A stretch of DNA of 64,000 bases. It comes from the human T2T-CHM13v2.0 reference genome, Homo sapiens. The position numbers were made by a program, and so were the translations under genes. This document shows positions 27,810-39,400 of the stretch, one piece after another (the stretch's first letter is position 1; every line of letters starts with the position of its first letter). The notes under the pieces are model-generated. The model saw nothing but the letters and a program-made list of their open reading frames with translations. It was not told where the DNA came from and made no database searches. The stretch lies in assembly GCF_009914755.1 (NCBI RefSeq), contig NC_060946.1; one strand, written 5' to 3'.

Positions 27810-28600
27810 CCAGAAAGGAAATCCTGGAAAAGTTTCAGAACAAATTTTGAATTAAGGGTTTGCAAACACTTATGCGAAAACAATAATTGCTAAGAGTCAA
27901 GCATGGGTGCACTAAGAACTAGTCACTTCCTGTTTTTTATAAGGTTACTAGACTGGTAAACTACAGGATGTTGTCCAAGGGATTCTTGTGATTGGCTGGA
28001 ATTTGGTCTTTTTCTAATGTAAAGTTTTATTGTTCTGTGTAAGAGTAGAACTCAACTGTGTTGAGTTCCATTATGCCACTCCTTGCAGCAAGGTATCTGA
28101 CATAGGCTCTGTGATATTCTTGGTAGGGCTGTGGTCTGTGTAAGTCAACATTCATCCCCAGAGGTGATGGATCAATGGCAGGATAGAGGATGGTTTCCGT
28201 ACTATAACAGGGCTTGATGTTTGGCCCATTTCATTTTTCCATCTTCATTATTGTTTGCCAATGACATAAGGAAACATACAGGCACACAGGATACCTTATC
28301 AGAGTTCCAGATAATATGAAACTGGAAGAGATAAATAAATGTATTCATTGATATATCAAAAAAGATCTTTTGGGGCTAAAATGATAGACCGAAAAAAGCA
28401 GCTGAAATACAATAGTTATAAATGCAAAATACTGTATCTAGGGTCAAAAAATCAACTTCTCGAAAAGCAGATGGAGAAATATGTCTTAACCACAGTTGAT
28501 GTGAAAAGAGACCGAGGCCTTTTAGTTTACCACAATATGACCTAACAGTGTAATGCACTTGGCAAAAGAAGGCTATATTTAGTAAACATATCATGTCACT
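27810..28600 (+). mobile_element. L3/CR1 LINE RT fossil, 5' piece
   Basis: ORF 28339-28545 (LKYNSYKCKILYLGSKN...KRDRGLLVYHNM) resembles the CR1 motif MKFNxxKCKVLHLGxxN...EKDLGVLVDxKL; agtcaagcatggg encodes SQHG-like sequence. Confidence 0.7.
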
Positions 28601-28609
28601 ATGTTCTTT

Positions 28610-29012
28610 AATTCAACAAGTCCTTATTTTGTCCCCCAATATGTGTCAGGTATGAGGTTGGGCAGTGAATACACACTGGGGACCAAGACAGAAAGAGTCC
28701 CTCCCACAAACAGCCTGCAGTTTAGTAGAGGACAGAAACAAACACCAGAAAAAGTAAACATATAAAATCATTAAACCTTGTGAAAGGGGTCTGGAGGGGC
28801 ACAAATAAAAGTGGGGAAGGGTCAGAAGGGACCTGCATTTCATGAAGTGGTCAGGGCAGGCCTCTCTGAGGAAGTGGTGTTTGAGCTGAGGCCATATGAA
28901 GAGGAAGGACAGTCAGAGAGACAAAACACTCCAAGCAGGACAGTGAGTGCATAGGCCCTGAGTCTGAAAGGAACTTGATGTGTTTTTGGAACTGAAAGAC
29001 CAATGAGGCTGG
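28610..29012 (-). mobile_element. L2 3' fragment
   Basis: gtggtcagggcaggcctctctgaggaagtggtgtttgagctgagg. Confidence 0.7.
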
Positions 29013-29019
29013 TCCCCAC

Positions 29020-29485
29020 TGTGGCTGCCAATGTCCATTCTCCTGTCCTTCCATAGCGATAGGGCTTCTGACACAGGGCTACCTGGCTGTAGTATATTTC
29101 CCAGCTTCCCTTGCAGTTGAACATGGCCATGGGACTGAGTTTTCATGAGTGGAATGCTAACAAAAGATCTTCTGTGACAGCTGGGGCCCTTAAGAGGTGG
29201 GTGAACCCCCCCTACCCTTCACACTTTCCTTTTCTTGCTGGATGCATCTGAGGCTTGGTAGTAACCCAGCTTATACCAGAACACCACATGGAATAGCAGA
29301 TCCCCAGTCAGAAGGGGCCTTGGTCACTGAATGACTGCAGAGAATACAGCCCCTTGCCCGCTTGGATCACTCATCTCACTCATCATCACTCAACTCTCAA
29401 GATGGTTACTTGAGAGAAAAAAGATTCTATATTCTTTAAGCCACTGAAGTATTGTCATGTCTCTTACCTAACCTAACTATTACAG
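29020..29485. mobile_element. MLT1-like LTR
   Basis: tttcccagcttcccttgcagtt...ggccatgggactgagt...ctttaagccactgaa. Confidence 0.6.
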
Positions 29486-29499
29486 AAACAAAGGAGATA

Positions 29500-29950
29500 C
29501 TAGCGCCACCAACCAGTCCACATTTAGAGCGTTGCATTTAGTCCAAAGGTTCACATTTTTAAAAGAGACATTGACCATCTGAAGCATGTCTAGGGAAAGG
29601 TAACAATAACAACATTTAGGAGTCTGAAAACCAAGTCAATGAAAAATCTGTTAAAGACATTACAGTTGTTTAGTCTGGAAAAGAGATTTCTCCAGGGTGA
29701 CATGATAACTGTCTTCAAAAATTGAAGAAGAGGAATGAAACTGAATTGGGGTAGCTCAGTGGGACCTATGGCTGGTTGGGATTTGTGATGAAGCAGATTC
29801 TCATTCAATATAGGGAAGAAGTATCTAACAATGAGGGGTGATTAGAAAAAGGCCAGATTACTTTGAGTATCAGAGGCTTCTCCCTATCACTGCACCCAGA
29901 GAATGGCCACCCACTTATGAGATGTTGCAGGGGTGATCCAATATCATTGT
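29500..29950 (+). mobile_element. L3/CR1 LINE fossil, 3' piece
   Basis: ttgtttagtctggaaaagaga...ggtgacatgataactgtcttcaaa encodes LFSLEKR..GDMITVFK, the CR1 ORF2 C-terminal motif. Confidence 0.7.
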
Positions 29951-30232
29951 GGCAATGCTAGTGAATTCTAGGATTTCATGTAGAAGAGGTGATATATAAT
30001 GCAGGTGAAGCCAGGTCACAACGGGGAACTGACTGTCAGTTTGGAGTGTATCCTGGAGGCAAGTAGTATCTTGAAGGTTTCTGAGCAGAGTAGCAACATG
30101 ATCAAAGCAATCTGCTAGGAACATTGCTTTGGCCAACACAGGGTGGTAAAAGTCCTGATTTTTATAGCCCGTGTTGGTCATTGGGTGCTTATATTCCCTG
30201 AACCAGTAGCAATTTAAAGAAAACCAAGAGTG

Positions 30233-30570
<338 letters not shown>

Positions 30571-31199
30571 TTATTTTTGAGATAATCCAAAAAAATAGTT
30601 ATGAGCTAGCATTTTTTAACAATTTATCTTCCAAGATGAATGATCCTTTCATTTCAAGGAGCTCAAAGTACTTGACATCCCAGTCTCATTCAGGCTTGTC
30701 TCATATCTGAACCGCTATGTCAGGGGCAAGACTGTCAAACCTCCTCTCTCAGATAAGAAGGATTCACAAAGAGGGGAAGTGAGTTGTTCAAGGTCACAGT
30801 GAGTCAATGGCAGGGCAGGCTCTTTGACTGAGGTCTCCCAACCCTCAGGCCTGCACACTGCCTTGTGCCCATGCAAAGGATACCTCAACTAGGAATGTCC
30901 CCCACATACCAGAAAAACCAACCTGAATGAACATCCTTTCTGAAGATAGAAATTACCTGAGATATTTAAGGTTCAACCAATCTCATTTTGTAGATGAGGA
31001 AACTGAGGCTTAGTGAACTCAGGCCTGGGATTCCTTGTACTACATCTTACCATCCTATCTACCCATAAAATGGTAGGCCCAGAAACAACCTACATGATTA
31101 CCTGGAACCAACTAGGCTATCATCATCAGCTCCACTGTCTGGAAATATAAAGGCTCATATTGGCTTTGGCCACCAAAGAGAGGAAACATTCTGCAATCC

Positions 31200-32100
31200 T
31201 TAAAAACTCATGGCCGAAGGGGGTGGGGAGAACTGTTTGAGCCTTGTACTTACAAAGTCAAAAGGGAAAACATGTGTTTCACATTTGTCTTGGGATGGGA
31301 AAGAAAAACTTTTCCTTTCACTTAATCTTGGTTTAAACAAACAGAGAGACTGCCCTTTCTGTAAACTCACCGAATGTCAAATATTGTTCACTCGCATGGC
31401 ATCGGCTTACTAAGCCACTACAGAGCCACTTCCCTCACGTAATCCCCTCAATCCAAAGGCACTTCAACTTGAAGAGGATCAACTGAAATAATACACATTT
31501 CCTCTGATGATTGGACAAGAGGCAGCCGATGGAATCAGGTTTCCAAACCTATAACCCCTGGTTTCAGCCGGAGACTTGAGGCAATACAGCTTCAGTCATG
31601 ACTCAGGATTTTGCGAGTGAAAGCAAGCACGTCAAGTGATGTAAGAAAATTCCCCCATTCCTCCAACCCACTGGCTTCCTCCTCCCTGGAGAATTCAGTC
31701 AGACAGCATTGTGTTGGGGGTGGGGGAGAAACAGAGGTATCCTGTCACTGGGTGCTGAGCTGCCGGCACGCCTCCTATCACCATTGCCATGGCCAGCGTC
31801 ATCACCATCGCGGTGGCCAGCGTCAGCGTTTGACAAAGGAAGTACTCAGTTACAATTACCTTCCTGTTGGCCAGCAGCTCAGATAATTGCTTTGCAATGT
31901 GTGTGAGAACCTCATAAATTAAACCAAGAAACAGAGGGGCCAGGTCTGGGCTGAAGGGAAGTGTCAAGTGGAGGAGGCAGTGATGCAAGGCTACCTTTGA
32001 AGTCACTTTGTTTGTGAAAAGTCTGCTGTGCTCTCTTAAGGAAACTCCACTGGAATGAGGTTTCTGTGCATGTGGGGTTTAGGGCTATTGTTTTTGGCTC
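31200..32100. promoter_or_regulatory. Candidate inducible enhancer
   Basis: Repeat-free; AP-1 TGACTCA 31599, kB-like GAAAATTCCCC 31645, C/EBP-ATF-like 31577/31637/31981, ETS 31837, GATA 31881, TEAD-type GGAATG 32052. Confidence 0.6.
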
Positions 32101-33218
32101 TGACTTTCACCTCAAGCCCTAGCTAGGACATGTATAAATCCCATAACAACAGCCTGACATGAAATTGCTCACCCTCTCATTGCATCAGGGGACTTTTACT
32201 CAGGCGGATTTTGAATGCCTCATTGTTTAATAGGACAGGAAGTTTACTCTCAATGTAAATGAGGAATCCTTTTTCTCCCCGCCTTACCTCCTTGGAAGAT
32301 TCTTACAGAGGCCTGACTTGTTGGCCCTAGTCTAGCTTCTGGTCTAGCTCCTTCCATAAAAGCAGCTGCAGCCCAGCAGCAGCCTCCCAGTTTCTTTATT
32401 AGGGTAAGGCTTTTCTTAGGACCAAAGTTTTTGGGCAGGCTTTTCCCTAGAGGGAGTGCTGGGTGATGGGTTAAGTAAGGGCCACCCAGGGACAGGGTGG
32501 GGTTGGATGTGAAAAGGGTTGGATTTTCTCTTTTCAGTTTCTTCATTCTGAACTGGACCTAGGTTTTTTTTTTAATCACAGAGAGGGAAGCCCCATCTCT
32601 AAATCTTATGATGCTTTTCTTCCTTGGGATATATCACAAGGAAAAAGTGGGTGACTAGCCCACATTTGTGGCATAAGGATAGGACTCTGAAGTCCAAATG
32701 TATCAGATTAACCAGCATGAGCAAGAGGATGCCTAATTCAGAACCGTGACCCTACCCTCTGTTAGAGCAAATCTCTGAGGATAGAAACTTCTAGAAAAAT
32801 CCTTGTGGGCTCCCCCACATCTCACACCACACTCTGTAGGCAAACCCTTTAAAAAAGGCACAAGTATAACCCTCTCAATCTTCTTCTGATGCCCTCAGCA
32901 ACAAGATTGGCTGAGAGATCTTCAAAGGGAGAATAATCTCAGATACAATTACTTTAGTCAAAGGAAACCAGTTATGGACAACAACGAGGGAAATGACAGA
33001 GACACCAACTCAGTAAGATGAGGAAGCCCTAGTTTATTTGGTTTGTATATCCAGAATCTTTTTTCCTACACATCTGAAAAGATACCAATAATGAGTTAAA
33101 AAAAAAAAATCAAGTCAACCACTGCACATGTAGACCTAGAGATTAGTCTAAGGTTGAATTCCCATCACCATTGCCTTCCACACACAGCTTCATCAACAAT
33201 GATGAAGAGTCAAGGATG

Positions 33219-33563
<345 letters not shown>

Positions 33564-33699
33564 TTAAAATTGCAACATTAACCAGAGTTTTACACACTTG
33601 TATATGTGTATACGCATGTAAGTGTGTGATTGTGATTTTATTTGCACCAGGTCAGGTATAACTAAGCAAGAAGTAGCAGCCTTGCTTGTGGCCGGAGCT

Positions 33700-33890
33700 C
33701 TGTTCTCAGAGCTGCTTTCACATTACAGTCACCTGTAGAGATTCATCCACAACACACAGATACCTGAATGCCTGAGTGTCTCCCCCAGAGGTTCGGATTT
33801 AACTGGGCTGGCCTGGGATCTGAGCACAGATCTTTTTTTTTTTAAAGCTCTCCAGCTGATTATAATGTGTGTCCAGGTCACCATCCACTG
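33700..33890. mobile_element. MER5A-like DNA transposon
   Basis: cccccagaggttcggatttaactgggctgg...aagctctccagctgattataatgtg. Confidence 0.55.
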
Positions 33891-35052
33891 AACTAGGCCA
33901 GCCCCTAATGCAGTCTTCTCCCTCCACTGCTCTGTAAAATTGAGCCACATTTGCCAGCTCCTTGCACAATATCCTCTCACTTGGGCACTGGTGATTCTCT
34001 CATCTCCCTGGTCCTCATCCTCGCTTCACCCCACACTTCAGCATCTGGGATCTGGCTTCCCTGTGACTATACCATGGCAAAAAAGTTCTTCCTAAAATGG
34101 CCTCAGGTATAATTCACATTTTAAATTACTTCCTACTCAATAAAAATGATTGTATTTATAAACCATCTGGTCATTCTCATGTAATGAGGTGAGAGAAAAC
34201 CAAGCGGCATCCAGTGGCACATGACTGCTTGGCTGGCCCCTTCCTCAGCAGGTCTGTGTACCAGCTTCGTACAAGGCTGGTGCAAATCCATCCTGTTGAA
34301 GGCACAAATAACTGTGTATTGGGAACCCTCAGGAACCTTTGGGGGCTGGCACAGAGCTTGGCACACCACAGGTGCTCAGCAAACTTCTGATGAAACAGAG
34401 AATATTGAGTCTGCAAATTCAGGGGGTTTCCCCAACCTAATTTTGTTCTGGAAATTCAAATGACTGGACTGAGAAAAAGTTGTCCTGGTAATTACCAAAC
34501 CCCCTCTCAGAGAACGCAGCAAGTGGCAGAACTAGCCAAAGAAACGCAGGCGTGATCAGTAGATATGCACAAGCATGCTATCTTTCCTACCTCTCCCCCT
34601 TTCTTTCTCCTCCCTGAGAACAGCTTTTCATATCATTGCAGAAATAAGGTGGAGGGGCTTCCTTTCCACCCCAAAAGCAATTTGGTTGATGGGGTTTTAA
34701 GCCAGGATCTCTCTGGGTAGAAATGACGTTCTGTGCTGCTAATGATAAATGGTGAACAAGGAGATTCTCTTTAGTTTTTTAGTCTGTGTAAGCACCTAAG
34801 TGCCCCAGATTCTCAACATTTGCTGTTTTGTCTTCTCTGGGTCCTATCTTGGCCATCTCACCTCACTCTGAGCTTGCTTCTGGAAGGAGGTAACAGACGT
34901 CAACTAGCATCTGCCTGTTTATGGTGTTTTTCTGTTTTATACTCTTGAGTTAATATGTTCTAATATCTCGTTGGATGGACCTTTCCCAACCCCATCTCAC
35001 CCTTCCCTTTCAGGATTTTGTTATTTTCTCTCATTCATGAGACATGAATTTT

Positions 35053-35538
35053 TTTCTTTCTTTTTTTTTTTTCAATTAGTCTAAGGTTGAATTCCCATCA
35101 CCATTGTTTTCCACACACAGCTTCATCAGTGATGATGACGAGTCAAGGATGGCCCGGGCACGTGGCTTATGCCTGTAATCTCAGCACTTGGAGAGGCTGA
35201 GGTGGGTGGATCACTCGAGGCCAGGAGTTTGAGACCAGCCTGGCCAACATGGCAAAACCCTGTCTCTACTAAAAATGCAAAAAAATTTTAGTCCAGTGGC
35301 ACGACCTCAGCTCATGGCAACCTCTGCCTCCTGGGTTCAAGTGATACTCCTGCCTCAGCCTCCCGAGTAGCTGGAATTACAGGAGACTGCTACCACGCCT
35401 GGCTAATTTTTATATTTTTAGTAGAGATGGGGTTTCACCATGTCAGCCAGGCTGGTCTCAAACTCCTGACCCCAAGAGATCCACCCGCCTAGGCCTCCCA
35501 AAGTGTTGGGATTATAGGCGTCAGCCACCATGCCCAGT
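35053..35538 (-). mobile_element. Antisense AluS containing an inserted copy of 33142-33363
   Basis: TSD catgaatttt at 35043 and 35539; internal 35075-35291 is unique flank plus a sense Alu left arm. Confidence 0.88.
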
Positions 35539-35549
35539 CATGAATTTTC

Positions 35550-35960
35550 TTTTAAAAAAAAAAAATCAGTGAATCTCACTGGGGTTTTTATTGGAATCAT
35601 AATGAATCAGCAAGTTAATTTGGGAGTAAACAAATTTCTAAATTGAATTTTCCCATGTAACAATGGCTATATTATTCAAATCACCTTTAAAATTTCTAAG
35701 TAAAATTGTGTAGTGTTCTTTATCAAGATCCCACATAGGTTTACTGCTATGTGATTTACGGCTTTGGGTGCTACTGTGAATAGGATATTGGAATTATGGT
35801 TCTCAATAGCTTACTGGTAAAGATGAATGCCTTGATTTTGGGGTGTTTATCTTGTGTCCAGCCATTTTTCTAAATCATTTTATTAATTTCAGTAGTTTCT
35901 TTCTGGTTTCTTTAATTTTTTAAGGGTACAACCATGTGATTGCAAAGAATAATATTTTAT
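35550..35960 (-). mobile_element. Old L1 fragment
   Basis: gttttattggaatcataatgaat...gttaatttggga...tgctactgtgaataggata-type antisense L1 ORF2 sequence. Confidence 0.55.
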
Positions 35961-35994
35961 ATTGATCAAGGGGGGTGGTGGTCCAACATATTAG

Positions 35995-36673
<679 letters not shown>

Positions 36674-36738
36674 TGATTACATCTACAAAGACCGGATTTC
36701 CAAATAAGGTTATATTCACAGGTACCCAGAGTTAAGAC

Positions 36739-37040
36739 TTTTTTTTTTTTTTTTTTTTTTCCGAGACGGAGTCTCGCTGTTGCCCAGGCTGGAGTGCAGT
36801 GGCGCGATCTCAGCTCACTGCAGGCTCCGCCCCGCGGGGTTCACGCCATTCTCCTGCCTCAGCCTCCCGAGTAGCTGGGACTACAGGCGCCCACCCCCTC
36901 GCCCGGCTAATTTTTGTATTTTTAGTAGAGACGGGGTTTCACTGTGTTAGCCAGGATGGTCTCGATCTCCTGACCTCATGATCCGCCCGCCTCGGCCTCC
37001 CAAAGTGCTGGGATTACAGGCGTGAGCCACCGTGCCCGGC
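36739..37040 (-). mobile_element. AluY (Ye-like)
   Basis: CpG-rich; sense strand reads GAACCCCGCGGGGCGGAGCCTGCAG and CAACAGCGAGACTCC (2-bp deletion); TSD agttaagacttt. Confidence 0.9.
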
Positions 37041-38454
37041 AAGTTAAGACTTTAACATACCTTTTCGGGGGACACAATCCCGCAACATCTAGTGTGTTTG
37101 TCTCTGACGAGGCTACATCTAGAAGTTGTGGTCCAGCTCATGAACCGTATTTCAAGATGTACATTGAAAAAAAGCATTTGTCCTGATAAAGGTGGCCACA
37201 CGGTGAAGGATCTTGCGTCTGCGTGATATGAGAAATGCTACGGGAACTATGTTCAGCTTGGATCCAGGCTTTTGGAAGAGTATAATGTCCATCTTCACAT
37301 GCATATGGGGCTTTCATGGTACACATAATCTGTATTGGAGGGAAGTAGATTTTGGCTCAATATAATTTTGGCTCAAGATCCAAAGGATCTTTGGATTAAG
37401 GCCATTTACTAAGGGCAGTGAACTTAAAGCAGTAGTAACTTACCTCATCCTTCACTCATCTAACAAATATGTACGAGGCCTGTTATGCTCCAGGCAGCAG
37501 GCACCAGGCCAGATGTTAGGGCAATAACAGGCATATGAAAGATACAGGCCTTGCCCTCAGGAAGCTTGCAGTCTAGCAGGCCCTGACAGGGTCCAGGCAG
37601 GCTGGGTTGGCACGTCGGTCAAATTGTTTCTTAGCTAAGGCATCATGGTCTTTATGGCCTTTGAGAGGCAATATGTAAATGAAAGTGGGGGTTTGGGGTG
37701 AGGAGTGGGAGTTGAGTGGAATGGATTTTTTTTTTTAATTTATCAGCTTACATCGGAGGAATGGATTTAAAAAAAAAAAAAGATTGAAATGAACACAAGG
37801 GCTTTCCCTGGCAGGCCACATGCAAAAAAAGTCAGCTCCTTCACACCATCACTCATGTCCAACCCTCAGTGGAGAAGTTTTATCTGCAGAAGTCTCAGAT
37901 TCCACTCTCCTGCTTCCCATTACAGCCTTCTCAGCCTTACCCCACCCAGCCTGAGTAACGAAGCTCAACAAACAAAACAGTAACTGCTCGGGCCAGAGCC
38001 ACCTCGCTGGGAAAACAAGTTCCTCTCCCAAATCTCAGCAGACAAAATAGCCCAGGCCCTAGGTGTTTCCCCTTCTGCCTGGGACATGCAGCCAGGAAAG
38101 CAAAGCGAGAAGCTCTAAATCAAGTGTTTTCAGCCGAACCAGACCCAGGAGTAGAAGGGAGAGGCCTCCACTCTCAGCGGCTGTTCCTCCTTAATGAGCC
38201 AAAACAAAGCCGATGCCAAGGAAGTTAATCTGCCCTGAGATAGGGGAGAGCCACTCCCTGAGGTGGAGAAGGAGCTTGGGCCCAGGGCACGGTCTGGCCT
38301 AGGAGGCTGGGCCTACAGAGGTGCACACGGCCAAGATCAACCTTCCAGGTGAGAGGAGGTTCAGTCTTTCAGAAAAAGGAACCCCCTGTATGCTTGTTTG
38401 CTGCCTTTTGACCATATGAGGAGACAAATACACTATTTAAAAGATCTGTCAGCC

Positions 38455-38738
38455 TTACGCCTGTAATCCCAGCACTTTGGGAGGCCGAGGCGGGTGGATC
38501 ATTTGAGGTCAGGAGTTTGTGACCAGCCTGGCCTATATGGCGAAACCCTGTATCTACAAAATATACAAAATTAGCTGGGAGTGGCGGCGCATGCCTGTAG
38601 TCCCAGCTACTCAGGAGGCTGAGGCATGAGAATCGCTTGAACCCAGGAGGCAGAGGTTGCAGTGAGCCAAGATTGTACCATTGCACTCCAGCCTGGACAA
38701 CAGAGCAAGACTCTGTCTCAAAAAAAAAAAAAAAAAAA
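38455..38738 (+). mobile_element. AluS, slightly 5'-truncated
   Basis: Alu with poly(A); flanks share atctgtca. Confidence 0.92.
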
Positions 38739-38849
38739 ATCTGTCATTGGTGCTTGGAAATGCCTGGCACTCAACACCAAGGAGGTCTCGAAAAACATCT
38801 GGAAGAGATCATGGGGTTCCTGCCCCCACTGTCCATCCTTCCCCTGCTT

Positions 38850-39400
38850 CTCTGCACAAGTGCACATAGCCTCACCCAAGCACACATGGGTACATGTGTG
38901 CACATACGACAGCACACATACATTCACCCTTCCAGCACATGCATCCTCACACATGTATACGTGCATGTGCACACATACCCACATACATAAACACACTCCT
39001 ATATGTGAGTATGCACACAATCCACCTTCTCACACATTCTCAAATGCACCTGTCTGCGCACACATTCTCACGCAAAACACACATGTTCTCCCTCACGCAT
39101 GGCTATAAGTGCACGTGCATGCATCCTTATACACACATTCACACACAAACGTGCACTCTGTATACACACGAACCTGCACCTTACATCTTCACACATGTCC
39201 ATGCGTATAGGTTAATGTACACGTTTACCCTCATACACAAGCACACACATACATGCATTTTCACACATGCATATGTGTGCACACATTGTCATAGTGCCTT
39301 CACACACATGCACACACACATGTGCATCCTCACATACATCCTCACACCTACATACCCCCCATGCCCTATACTTGGGTGAACACTCATCCTCTCATACACA
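38850..39400. repeat. Degenerate CA-rich low-complexity tract
   Basis: Dense cacacat/gtgcac units; His/Thr-rich ORFs. Confidence 0.85.

Noticed and set aside
28048-28068. Hairpin gaactcaac-tgt-gttgagttc
   Set aside because: A 9-bp stem is plausible by chance in 64 kb and too short for a pre-miRNA.
38637-39379. His/Thr/Cys-rich ORFs resembling metal-binding proteins
   Set aside because: Translations of the CA-rich tract.
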